A stretch of DNA of 64,000 nt, taken from NCBI GenBank assembly GCA_030704615.1, contig CM060731.1, positions 86,118,001 through 86,182,000 on the forward strand, given 5' to 3'. Position numbers and translations under genes: made by a program. The notes beneath the pieces are model-generated. The model did not search any database. It was not told the origin of the DNA and saw only the letters and a program-made list of their open reading frames with translations. Of the stretch, positions 50,776-63,231 are shown piece after piece. Each line of letters begins with the position of its first letter. Position 1 is the first letter of the stretch. This DNA is from Takakia lepidozioides (lineage: Eukaryota; Plantae; Bryophyta).

Positions 50776-51128
50776 ACTGTTGGCGCAGTTTGGCGGGACG
50801 TTGAAAGACGTGATGAGGGCGGCTAATGCCACTTTCACTAAGGCAAAGTTTAAGGTGAAGCCTAAGGAACCCGACACCTTTGAGGACGTCCGAAATCGGA
50901 AGGCACTCAACACCTGGCTCTTGGAGCTGGAGCAGTACTTCTGGGCGGCCAAGTTGAGTGACGAGGATCGGGTGGAAGTGGCTCCCACCTATTTGAGGGG
51001 CTATGCTCAACAATGGTGGCAAAAACGCCTTCATGACCAAGGTCCAAACCCAGAAACCTTGAGCTGGAGTGGGTTCAAGGAACTTATGAAAAGATAGTTT
51101 GTGCCCCTCAACGCGTCCTGGCTTGCCT
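50776..51128 (+). pseudogene. Family B gag N-terminal piece
   Basis: Matches 28985-29333; ends at the point where the minus-strand copy begins (47875). Confidence 0.9.
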
Positions 51129-51129
51129 C

Positions 51130-52290
51130 TGCACCGCAAAGGTTAACACCTAGAGGGGGACGTCCGTACTCGCCCTGTGAGGTGGAGGATTGAAGAGGAA
51201 CCCGAGTGCGAAGAGGATTCCTGGAGATCCAACAGGAACATTCAGACAGCACCTTGAGGTCCCGTTATGTTGCCGCACAATGTGTGTTCCAGCAGTGGAA
51301 GCCCAAGAGTTTCCAGATCGCCATCGCCTTCAAGCGGGGATTCCGTCCGAGAAATTCCCACCGCTCGCTCGCCCCAGATTCCGCCCGCTGTTATGCAGTA
51401 TGGCCAAGCCATTGTGGAGACGACTATGTCTGCGTCACAGTGGAGAATTGCTCGCACAAGGCCGGCGTTTTGAGGCAGGCGTTCCGCAATTCGAGTGGAT
51501 ACACGGCAACGTTGTTTAGAGATGATAAGGAGGAATCCAGATGGGGCTGTCCTTGCTCCTACTTTTACAGGAAGATTTGTCCATGCAAAGTTTTCGGAGG
51601 CGACAACTACCCAGTTCTGGTTCTGCAGGCATGACATTATGACTTGCGTGTATGGAAAGCCCAAGTACGGCATACAAACAATGCCAGAGGCTCCCCCGGT
51701 GTGGCCGGTGGAACCAGGATGCAATCTGAGTCAGGTTGAGGCCGACGCCCTTACTGCCGCAAGATTTTGGATGGTGTAGCGCACTGACGTCCCCAGACAA
51801 CCATTTCCGCTTCCACAGCCTCCACCACCGACTCCTGTGAGAGCAAGAACAATGGGACGCGACAACTCTAAGCATCCTACACACCGCTGGGAGAAACCGA
51901 AGAGGCGGCGACCTCCCTCAACAGTGAACGAGACAAGGATGAAGAATGCACTTCGGATGAACTGTACAATCCAGAGCTCAACAAAAGTGCCCCCACCAGG
52001 CTTCGGGTGTGTGTATCAGATGGCCATGGCAGGCTCAGCTGTCCGCAATGAGGTGTACATCATCACCATTTCAGAATTACCCACCTGCAATTGCACCGAC
52101 GTCCAGATCATGGCGAACAAGGGGGCATCATACTGCCCTTACAAGTATCTGTACTACGTGTACCTAAAGAGACTCCGGTGTAATTCCATAACTCATCACT
52201 TCATACATGCACCAGGGTTGAGCCCCCAAGAGGTGGGGGGGGGGAGTGACTGAGCAGCAGCAGCTCTTCTGAATATGGATCCAGGGGACC
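51130..52290 (+). pseudogene. SWIM zinc-finger-containing C-terminal region of a Mutator-like element
   Basis: QFWFC..DI..CVYG...WPVEPG.NLS; VYIITISELPTCNCTD...CPYKYLYYV (SWIM-like, His replaced). Confidence 0.6.
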
Positions 52291-52914
52291 AGTGAGCTTG
52301 GCTACAACACAATGTTACGCCCATCCTTTTCGGAGTTTCAGTTATAGTAGAACTGTACTGCTGCAAGTACCTCTGACTTTGGCCACAGAAAGGTTCGACT
52401 TATATCTTGCCTACCAGTAACCTGTTTTGCTCGAATTAAGATAATACTATGTCATTCACTTCTGTTTCCACGTGCTTGTATTTCTGTTTGTTGGAGGGTT
52501 CCTGTTTTTCTGCTCTCCCAAACTTTGCTTTCCTCATTCGACCCCCGGCAAGGAAATGTGGCGCCGCATTTCCAAGTAACGTCGTAGGTACTGGTAGTTG
52601 CGGCCTTCGTCGCACTGAGTCTTCAGGGAGCCAACCGTCGCCAACAGCGAACCCCCTAGAAATCTCGCACGTGCGAACCGTAATGGGGCACCGCATTTCC
52701 CAGTTGAGTCGCAAACCTTTCCCGCCAAATACCCGAAGATGACAGAATTTTGAAGTACTGTAGACTCTATTGGTGCATGGGGATCATACAATCGCAACAG
52801 AAGGGTCAGCTTCATTCCAAAGTTAAGGCATATAAAACCGCGGAATACTCTATACAGGCTAGTATGCGGCGTCATTTTGTTGTGGTACTGGATTTCTCGT
52901 TGCACGGTCACTCA

Positions 52915-53161
52915 TTTCCATGAGCGGATCTAAAAAACCATGAGCGGAATTGTTACTGACGACATATCTTCGCCGCATTACAGGATCTGAACTTCCAAAA
53001 ACGGCAAGGTCAAATAAAAAAAACTATTATTTTTATACTTTTTTAATCTGCCGCATTTCCAAATTTGGAGGAGTCCGCTCATGAAAACTGCGTGTCTTAG
53101 ACTTCGGCTCACTGCTCATGCGGCTCATGGCTCATGGTTTCTGCTCATGAAATAGTAAACC
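52915..53161 (-). mobile_element. Putative DNA-transposon terminus with CATGAGC subterminal repeats
   Basis: About seven (C)ATGAGC/GCTCATG units ending ...GCTCATGAAATAGTAAACC, directly abutting a 5'-truncated RT. Confidence 0.5.
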
Positions 53162-54120
53162 TCCTTGACCTGCTGAGCGGTTTCTGGCAAATCAAAATGA
53201 GGGATGAGGATGTGAAGAAAACGGTCATTACAAAGAGGGGACTCTACGAGTGGCTAGTAATGCCCTTTGGGCTGAAGAATACAACAACAACCTTTCAAAG
53301 GACCATGAACAAAGTACTAAGGGAAGAAATCAGAGAATTCGCCAAATTGTTTGTTGATGACATCAACATACACAGCAATACCTGGGAAGAACACTTACAC
53401 CACATTGAAGCTATCCTATAGAAGCTCTAGCAGTACAACTTGAAGCTGAATCCAGCCAAATGCAAACTAGGGAAACATGAGCTGGTTTTCCTTGGCCATT
53501 TGATGACCAGAGAGGGAGTACTACCTGATCCAGAGAAGGTTAGTGCTATCATGAAGTTTCCACTACCAAAAAACCAAACTGCAGTCAAGAGTTTCTTGGG
53601 AGTGACACCTACTATCGGCCCCACTTGCAAGCTTATGCACAGTCTGCAATGCCACTCTTTGATCTCACCAGGAAGGACATCATTTATCAGTGGACAGCTG
53701 CAGCACAAAATGCATTTGAAGCACTGAAACTCAAGCTGGCACAAGCCCCGATACTGGTAAGACCCGATTTCAGCAAACCCTTTATTCTAGATGTTGATTG
53801 GAGCATAAAAGGGGTAGGTGTTGTGCTTTCACAAAGGGATACTAGAAGAGAGCATGTGATAGCCTATGCAAGCAAAGTACTCTCAAACGCTCAAAAGAAG
53901 TATCACCCAATGGAGGGCGAATGCTATGCTTTGGTGTAGGGAGTGCTACACTTTCGACAATATCTCTATGGTATTCCATTCACGGTAAGAACTGACCACA
54001 AGCCACTTGAGTGGTTGCAACAGTTAGCGGTGCCTACGGGAGAAGGGGGAGATGGATCATAGGCCAGGGAACTAGCACACTAATCTTGATGCTTTAAGTT
54101 GATACCATGTAGGCAAGGCT
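53162..54120 (+). pseudogene. Ty3/gypsy RT-RNase H remnant (third family)
   Basis: LDLLSGFWQI, MPFGLKN, FVDDI, PDFSKPFILDVDWS..GVGVVLSQ, IAYASK, ECYALV, RTDHKPL. Confidence 0.9.
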
Positions 54121-57100
54121 GAGCTAGATGAAGAGTTGGAGATCAATATTGCCACAGAATTGAGAGCAGTAACAAAATCTGGGATACAGGAGAGATGGAT
54201 ACTGACAGTGGGGTACACGGGATAGGATATCTACACTTATTTGATCAGGATAAACAACCAAGGAAGAGATCTTATTGGTGAACATGCATGTCAAATGAGA
54301 TAGAAGGCCCAACAAAGCATAGCAGAAAGAGAATACTACATATTTGTGTGGGCACTATGGCAATTCAGGAACCATCTGACAAGACGAACATTCTGGGTGA
54401 AGACAAAGATGAAGCCTATGATCTGGGTGTTGACAGGCAAAATGCTTGCAAAATGAGGGGATCAAATCTCACCCAGGGGTTTTCATTCGAGTTCATAAGT
54501 GAGGATGATGGTGAGGCCGGGAGTTCAGCCACAGCTAGCAACAGAGTGCAGGCAGGAACATCTGTTTCAAGCAAAGAGAAGGTGAGAGAAGAGGACAAAA
54601 AAGATAAGAGAATTAGGTTTGAGCTGTACCCTGGAGTGACTATGATCAAGGATGAGAGACCTGAGGACAGTGAGAATGAAAAAAAGCGAGAACATCACTA
54701 CTGCATGAGAGATTCAGTGCACAGCTGGAGGAAAGAGGTTGATTGCAAACTAGAGTGGACCAAAAACGGCAGATTATGAGTACATAAAGAGTACATAAAG
54801 GGGAATCCTCAACCATTGGATTTGCTTCAACTGACAATCTTGACCGTCTATTATTGACTGTTAAAACCACGATTTTCAAATTGCAATAATATCAATTCAC
54901 AAATGTTTTTTTGAAATTTGATCATACTCAACTGTGCATTTATGGTGAATGAATGCGTCTAATGAAAAAAAATTTGTTATTTCAAAAGAATTTAGTCATA
55001 AAAGACTTTATGAAAATAGCTATGTTTTAGGCTCAAAATAGTACATAATATTTTTTTTAACTTCATATTTTTGAATGATAGTTTTCATTCCAGATTCTTC
55101 ATTCTCCAAAAGCAAGTTTGAGAGAGTCCATTTTCTTGATTTTTTTCTAACTCTTATATTAAAAAAGTGCATAACGTCTTTTTTTTTATGGATTGTGACA
55201 ATTCCTTAAGTATGGACTTTTTAAAAGTCCATAGCATCTAGAGATTCTGGTTTTTGATAATGAAATTTAAGAGTGTGAAAGTATATGTAGATGAGCCTCT
55301 ATATGTTAGTCCCTTTTTATTGATGCCATTGTCATGTAGGAATATGATAATTTAAGACTATTCTATGTCTGGAAAAAATAGTGTTGTGACAGCAAAAAAT
55401 GGACACTGTAGGCTGCAATCACCCAGAGGTTTATCTTGTACAGCCAACAGCCAAGAGCGGGGCAATGTAGCAGTATCAGACAATGATGAGAAAAATGCTG
55501 CAATACCAGGGAACAGAGAGAAAGAGAGAGACTTGTCTTGGGAGATGATAAAATTGTCAATACAACAGATGAAGAGACCACCGAAGGTAGGCATATGCAA
55601 GATTTGTGATCTCTTAGGTCACAAACATACAGTAAGCAACACTGGTAGGGCAATCGTGGACAATGTGGGTTTCAGAATAGGTGAAGGAAGAACTACAAGA
55701 GACATCCAGAAGAACAAGATGAGAGCAGCAGTGCAATGAGTGTGTTGAAAAAGGGGTTTCTGAGAGTGGAGGTTCAAAGGAAAATAGAGTCCAAACAGTA
55801 ATGGAAGAAGAACATGCAGCCAACAAAATAGAGGGGCTACACATGCCATGAGTGGAGGGAACAGATCTGATGCAGAGGGATGCTTCACTACAACAGATGA
55901 GCGTTTTTATGACTGCAAATATGACTATTTTTTCAGTCCTATATGCGTTCATGACTACATGACTCTGAAGTGAAAAAAATGGCGTGATAGTGACTAGTCT
56001 TTAGGACTGCGTTTTGCAAGTCATAGCCGTGACTGCGTGCGTGGCACTTGGAGTCATGCAAAGGAGAGTGATGTAGTCACAATTCTATGACTTACATATG
56101 ACTAACTATATGATTACATTGTCTGTTGAGCGTTGCCTACATAGAGAGGCTTCAGTGGAACACGTGCACCACTGCGCAAGCGACACGTCACACATTCGTG
56201 AGGGGATCATATCACTATATGTCTGCAGTGCGATGCCTACATGGAGAGGCGCCGGATGGACACGTGCGCCACTGCGGATTTGACACATCATTTTTGAAAT
56301 ATTTTGGAATATTTTTTTAATTTTAATAAATCAAATTATAAAAGTATAAAATTTAGATTATTAATTGATTTAAATTCTTCATTATATATTTTTAAAAATA
56401 GAATGGAAGGCAAAAGGGGCTTATACAGGGGAGTACAAGCCCTGTAAATCATATTACAAAATTCCAAATTGGACAAACATCCCCACGGATGCTTCAAAGT
56501 CTAATGCGGAGCAAAAATTAAGCAAACCGATACAAGGGCAGAGGAATCGCAGTTTGGAGATGACGAGATTGATACACGACTACCTTGCAAGTTTCAACTT
56601 TCTTGGAGGTAGTTTCCAGTTTCTCTGGTGTCACAACTGCCTTCAAGTCAATACCGAAATTAGAGTCCACCTACGCGCAAATCGCAGAATGTCTCATGAC
56701 ACCATCTGCGTCAGGAAAAGCTGGTTTGGCATGATATGATTATAGTTTACAACCTTAATGAACGCCTTCAGCCTGGACCTCTTTGTGATCTTCTTCTGCG
56801 ATTGCTTCTTCATAACTTATGAAAGAGAAAACAGCTACACATCAAATTCTTGCAAGTACAGGGGGGTACTCAGGCCTCCTTGGGAGAAAGAGTGCCATAA
56901 ACACAGACACATCCTTAAATGTAAAAATTGGAGAAGCCAACGTCTGGTAGCAGGAAATGCCTATCTCTGCCAGGTGGAGGCAACACATATTAAAATATCT
57001 ATTCCCCCAAGGCCACATTTTGTTTACCTCTTTTTGTGAAAGCCACGACAGCAAATGTGCTGCCGAATCACGGGTGCAGAATGCGCAGTGGTTCATGGAG

Positions 57101-57273
57101 TCGTTGAGCCGACTACATATTCACTCTAATGAATAAATATCTTTATTCCATTAATCGAATTAGGAAAGAAAATTTGTAGTTGCATGTGCAGTAATTACAA
57201 CCACTTGTAATTTTGGCTTTTTCAATAAATAGCCCGAAATTCTGCTACGACTCCGGAGTCGTTGACCCCACTT

Positions 57274-58463
57274 CTATCCGCCGTCTGAAATGCCCCCGTG
57301 GGCCCACATTGTCTGTTTCGACTCTCCAGTAGTCCCATTTACTACCAAGTGGTTCTCGGAGTGGTCGCGGACATGCAGTCGATTCGGAAAAGACACGAAT
57401 GCTTCTAGTGCTTTGCCGATTCTGACTTGTAAAGTGGACAGCCTCCCACGAACACAACGAAGCTCAGCAAGCAGATGTTTGCGCATTGTTTCACTCTCAT
57501 TGCCAAGCAGCGACAGGGATTTCATCCTAGATTCAATTAATGAAACATCTGACGGCTCCTGCCGACCACGGTAGGATGATGCTGAGCACTCCGTAGGCTC
57601 TACTAGATTCACAACTTCCTCCTCTGCATCAAAATCTGGAAGTTCCGATTTCATCAACATGTCAAGACCGCCATGAATGGTTCCGAGCTTTGTGCCACAG
57701 AGCTTCACAATAAGCCCTTCCTTCAGATTTGGCTTCATCAACTGAAGAACACGGATTTGATGTTTGCACAAGTTACTTTTCAAAGCCCATGGACAATCGC
57801 AACAAGCCCAGGTGGTTGTAGGTGCATAGATTGTGTAGCTTCGATCGGGCATTTGAACACTATCCACAATCGCCGGATGACCAGGAACAGTGGGCAAATG
57901 AACATTGACGTTAGGGATATCCCTCGCAGTCCAAACAACGTTGCTGATAAATTCCTCCTGTCGTATATTCCTTTTGAAGCCTTTCGATTTCAAGTTATCT
58001 CTGCACCAATAGCGGGTTAGAACATGACCACGAGTTTGCTGATCAACCAATCAATTCTACTGCAATCAAGCCTTTGCTTTCCTAAGCGTAAACGAGCCTT
58101 CAAATTTTCGTGCCAAGATTCAATTGCGGCATTAGTATCCTAGCTTGCATGGGGAACATTACGAGCCCCCGTGATCCACATGCTCAGTTTTGGGACCCAT
58201 TCCATTTTGATGTACTGTTGGAAGTCACGCGCACGCGGATAGGAATAATGCAAATCTTCTAGTCGCTCCAGTGCCCACTCTTCTAGGGTGACTCCCACGC
58301 AGGCGTTAATGTCGTACATGACTTCGCCAAGCTGCTTCAAAACAACATTACGAGTGTATGGATTGGGCATCTTACGCCACGAATGTTTTAGCCACGCGCG
58401 ACGAACATGCCACAGACACAGAGATATCGCTACGTCCCCAAACAATTCCCTGCACGCATACAC
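57274..58463 (-). pseudogene. MULE/MuDR-like transposase C-terminal half with SWIM finger
   Basis: LCLWHVRRAW (CxxH), TNAAIES.H after an in-frame stop, SWIM WACCDCPWALKSNLCKH. Confidence 0.8.
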
Positions 58464-58464
58464 A

Positions 58465-58920
58465 TCAAATGCCACCCAATCCATCAGCAATGTAACTCTT
58501 AGTAGTGTAACTCACAGCAATGTAACCCAACGCATGTAACCCCTCATGCATTTGGCCATTTATCTCTCGAAATAACCTATCTGCCAATTCTCTGGCTTTA
58601 TCCCAAGTTAGCTCACTCTTGCCTTTTATGCTGGACTCAAAGATCTTTCTAGCGTCTCCTTTCAAACACTTACGAAAAGTTTTCACAATGAACCTCTGGG
58701 GCACCGAAGTAATTTCTCTGCTGATGTTAAAAAATTCCAGAAATGATTCAAAGTCCTCACCTAAGTTGTACTCTGGGAAAGGTTGTTTGTGCATTGTTTC
58801 AGCAGAATCAATAGGCTTGTTGGCAGACGTCACATGTGTACTTTGATTGATCAACATTTTCATTGAAGGCGGACAATTTGATATGACTCCCATGGCCTCA
58901 CAAAGCTCCTCCACATCCAA
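58465..58920 (-). pseudogene. Possible retrotransposon gag fragment
   Basis: FPEY..GEDFESFL..F....CLKGDARK.F...LTW resembles a gag capsid start. Confidence 0.35.
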
Positions 58921-59684
58921 AGCTAGTTCATGTGCAGCTTTTACCCTTTTCTACCCTCACATTACCAGTAGATCCTTCACCTTGAGTACCTTCATTCCTT
59001 TCAGCAGCTAACTCTCTCTCTCTTCTGGCTTCCAGCTCACTTAAGCCTACCATCTCCTCCACCTCCTTTTCCAACATGGCCCTAGTGTATACAGGCATGA
59101 GCAGGGGCCAAACACAGCTTACCTCCGGTCAGACGGAGCCTGAATGAACTCCTCCCAATTCGCCACACAATGACAACTAATGTAGCGGTGCTTGGGCAGG
59201 TGATAAACTGCCTCCCCTAGCTGCTGCCACACCTCTCGTTCGGATTTGAGCCAAAAAGCCACCTTCACTACCCTGCGCACTCGCCTTTCCTTGACCACCG
59301 GGGTGTGGGTTAGTACTTAATACATAACACTAAAAAGTGCCCTTAGAATCGCGATAAGTTGCTTAGGAATTCATCCACGAGATACAAAGAGTGATTAAGA
59401 TATATAGTTAAATGAATGTCCTCTTGTAGATACTACAACAATTTTCCCTAATTATGCAAAATTTATGACAACCAATAATTTATTTTATTAATTCTGTTAT
59501 TTATTTATTTATTTGTCATTTTCGACTGTTCTGTTTTTAGCTATACATTTATTGTTATTATTAATACTACTGAATTTATTGTAATGAGTAATGGATGAAA
59601 AATAAACTATTCTAAGATTTTAGTTACTCAATATAGGCTTGAGCAAAATATATCTAATTATATAAACAAAACTAACTACTAAGA

Positions 59685-59915
59685 TAAGTGCGGCCTAGGG
59701 ACTTGAACCCCCAAGTTGCATAGTTTGCAATCCTAACCACAAAGAGCATGAAGATGCATTGAAGTGAATGTCGCTTTCTAATTATTTATAGAGGTTTCTG
59801 TAGGGATCTGAAAACATAGTCAACACTATCTACAAGAGTAAATGCAGCGGGCGGGAGTTGAACACCCAACCACTAGTATGGCCAACTAATCACTCTAACC
59901 ACTAAACCAAGGTAC
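59685..59915 (-). other. Two degenerate tRNA-derived (Pol III A/B box) heads
   Basis: Minus strand shows GGTTCAAGTCC (59699-59709), and TTGGTTTAGTGGTTAGA...GTTCAACTCCC (59853-59910); no complete cloverleaf. Confidence 0.45.
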
Positions 59916-60064
59916 AATTATTGACACTATGGTGGTTTATTAACTACTTATACAGGTTATGTTTCTTTTCAAAAGGATTGACTTCAATCGGAAGCAGCAT
60001 AGATATTAGTGTCCCTGCACCCCAAGGGTTGCACTAGAGCAAGCAGAAAACAATGTAGTTTTAA

Positions 60065-60460
60065 ACTTCTTGGGGTACTTACAAATGGCAAAGAGTGAAG
60101 CTGCAATATGTTTTGTCATGCCCAAGAAATTTACTTGGTTGCATGCCTGAAATCTGATTAATTGCAGGCTTGTCCTTCAAGGCACTTGTATGAACTGAAT
60201 CTGTAGTAGGACATGTTGTTCTTACCTACCCAAGGAGCCTTGCATGATGCATGTCTTGGGGTACTTACAAATGGCAAAGAGCGAAGCTGCAATATGTTTT
60301 GTCATGCCCAAGAAGATTACTTGGTTGCATGTTTGAAATCTGGTAAATTGCAGGCTGGTCCTTCAAGGTGCTTGTATGTACATACCCTGAATCTGTAGTA
60401 GGGCATGCTCTTCTTACCTACCCATGGAGCCTTGCATGGTGCATGTCTTGGGTCACTTCA
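60065..60460. repeat. ~187-bp tandem duplication
   Basis: TCTTGGGGTACTTACAAATGGCAAAGAG...CTGAATCTGTAGTAGG occurs twice. Confidence 0.85.
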
Positions 60461-60715
60461 AGGTACATGTGTATACATATCTTGGATATGTAATGTGGCA
60501 AGTTGTTCTTACATGCCTATGATATCTTGCATGATGCATATTTTGTGGATAATTATGGATGATATAATCTGAGGCTGCAATTTAACTTGTATTGTGCAAG
60601 AGGGTCACTTGGGTACATGTCAGGAATTTGAACATGAATAAACCCTACCCTCCCACCCTGTTTTATCATGGCTGAATGGGTGTTGTCACTTGGTGTGCTA
60701 TGACAAGACTGGAAG

Positions 60716-61200
60716 TGTCGCACACCTCACTACGGTAAGCTCCCCTTCAAGTCATAGTTACTCGCTTTGATGCGCGCGCCTAACTCCCAACCTGGCCGCC
60801 AGGCCAACTCGGAGCTTCAGCTGCTCATTGGGACATAACGGTCCCCATTTACTCTTCCAAAAGACCCTCCACCAATTTGGGCCTAGTAGAAATTCCCTTT
60901 GGTAGATGGCAGTCCGGAATAGCTCCCCACTCCTTGGTCGCTTCCAGCTCGCTCGCTCACTTACTAGTTTTTGGTCACCAACGGGCTTGCACCGTTCTCG
61001 GGGTTACTACTCCCTTGTGGAGCCACCCCCACCGCAACCCGGTGTGCGGGGCTCCACCTAGTGAGCGCCTCCGCCTCTTTGAGCGCCTTGGGCACTCAAG
61101 GGTGCTTCAGCCCCCCGTACCTATTGCTGCCACCGCCCCCACCACAGGGGCAGCCCCTCTGCGTCCCGACCCCCTGCCCTCAAGGCAAAGGGCCACGACA
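60716..61200 (-). mobile_element. Solo LTR of family B with 5-bp TSD GGAAG and an internal deletion
   Basis: TGTCG...CGACA flanked by GGAAG (60711-60715 and 61201-61205); ~230 bp shorter than the other copies. Confidence 0.92.
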
Positions 61201-61560
61201 GGAAGTGTTAGATGGTGCCCTGTCATGGGCTATTTATGTCTTTAATTGATAATGACCCTAGTGGGTCTTGTCCATGTCTTGACATGACCTTCCTTCTCCT
61301 TTGTGCAGCTCCCAAAAAAAAAGGTAAATCTCTCCCTCTCTTTCTCTCTCTCCCTCTCTCTCCATGAAATTGAACTGCGCCAGTAATTTAATCACATGTG
61401 GTGCTACATTGCCTCAGTTGCCTTCGGCAGAGTGCCCTGCAGCTATCCTTCACGACTAGTGCAGAAAGATAGTCATAACCAACAGTGATTATGATGATCA
61501 GAAAACTAGCTCAGAAAAGAGAAGGAAATAAGGGACCAGTCAAGAGTGGAAGTCTGTGAG

Positions 61561-62100
61561 CTAGAAATCCTGCTCCACAACAATGTTCTCAGTTTGGGTC
61601 GAATGTGATGAACCCCCAGATAGAGGTGCGATGATTTGAGAGTAGAGCTGCTCGTCCCCCTCCATCCCAAAAAAATGCCTTCCTACAGACTTGCATGCAT
61701 GGAACGAAGCCCCTGCAACAGTGCAAATGGATCCACAAAACAAAGTAAGAAGTACAATCAGAAGGCAAAGAAGTGCACCCAAGAAATGGAATCTGATTGG
61801 GCACCACCCTGTACCCATGGACAGGTCCACCACTTTCCCACCATGCCGGCTGCATGTCTCAATCAAAGTCTACATGAAAGCGGGTGACTTCTCCCTACCT
61901 CTCCATGGAATGCCACCAGTTTTTTTCAATGTCTGCGACGAGTCCACATAGTTGTGGATAACATCGGATTCCACAGGGTCGCATTCTGGGTCTATGTGAA
62001 GCCCCCCTTCCCAAACGTCAAAATGGCCAACATGAGTAGGAGTGGTGTCTGGCCGAATTCGAGCAAGACAAATGGCCTTGAACACATGGGTCTGCAGCAA
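61561..62100 (-). pseudogene. Second, diverged copy of the beta-class DNA methyltransferase C-terminal exons
   Basis: IHNYVD...GIPWRGREKSPAFM*TLIETCSRHGGKVVDLSMGT|GASFHACKSVGRHFFGMEGDEQLY; intron at the same position inside motif I. Confidence 0.8.
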
Positions 62101-62622
62101 CACCAATGGTATACTGTTAGAAACGTTGTGAAGGGCAATTCCACGAAACAATAACACACAACAAAGCCCTGGTGAGTACCGTCTGCCCGGGAAACTCTAC
62201 ATTAGATAGTGGCAGGGTGTTGACACGGGTCACAAGTACCCACCAATCATCGTGTAACGTGTTCAACAAGCGAGCGGTGGATGAACCGATACCTCTTTCT
62301 CATCCACGGGGTATAGTTTGAAATCTGCCACCGAAGTCCATCCCCCGGATGGAAATTCGGCGCCGCATTTACATCGAAGGGGGGATGGACTTCGTCGTCT
62401 CGAGTGGCTATAGGCCCACCTGGCACTTACTGCCCATAGTTTGCATGGCAGGGAAGGAAACTGAATCGGCTACATCCATGGATGAGCCAATCTTCATCCC
62501 TGCAGGTTCCTGTCGGGGGGAAATTTAAATGTGCCCTGGAGTATTTGTGAGGAATTGCAGCGTTTGCTTGAATTTCTTCCAGCCACCGCGCTGCTACCTC
62601 CTCCATCCGGGAGCTGCTGTCA

Positions 62623-63231
62623 TTGAGCGTACTGCGCTACTCTTTTTCAGGGATGCCGTGCCGCCAAAATCTTGCTGACTGCCCTTATCAGGGCCACGAT
62701 TATGCTATATTCAAACCACAATCAGGAGACATCATTGTCTGGCTTTCACTTTTCACAGACGCATCTGGAATCAAGCGGGAGTCTTTGCGCGCAATGGAGT
62801 ATCTGGAGGGCTATTACCGCTTTGAGCGAGGTGAGGGCGAGGGTCAATGCGGTCCGTGGGTCCTGAAAATTGTTGACCTCGATATACCAAGGTGGAATGG
62901 GATGCCGGACAGATCACGCACGGCCTCACTTTGGCGCTGGAACTGCTGCCAGTGGACCAGGGAGGACGGCACCGGGGAAAACTATATTCGTGGAGTTCAC
63001 TCCGCTTTTCCAGTGTATGGAGACATTCGGCTGAGTTGCGAAGACGAATCGCACGGGCACAGGAGGCCCACAGTGACCTTGTCGATGTATGATGGTGATA
63101 TGATTGATGGGTATGACATTGTCGTCAGCTCCACCAAGGGCACCAGATCGACCGCATTGCAGTTTACCTCGAGATGCCGCATCAGTAATGAACTTGTTTT
63201 GAGGGCTATCGAAGTTCCGTCGACTTGGTGA
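62623..63231 (+). CDS. Uncharacterised 202-codon ORF (TTG start; may be an exon)
   Basis: Open frame with globular-looking composition between palindrome-rich regions; no recognised motif. Confidence 0.3.
   Translation: MSVLRYSFSGMPCRQNLADCPYQGHDYAIFKPQSGDIIVWLSLFTDASGIKRESLRAMEYLEGYYRFERGEGEGQCGPWVLKIVDLDIPRWNGMPDRSRTASLWRWNCCQWTREDGTGENYIRGVHSAFPVYGDIRLSCEDESHGHRRPTVTLSMYDGDMIDGYDIVVSSTKGTRSTALQFTSRCRISNELVLRAIEVPSTW

Noticed and set aside
59685-59915. Functional tRNA genes
   Set aside because: A/B-box-like motifs only; acceptor and anticodon stems do not pair convincingly.
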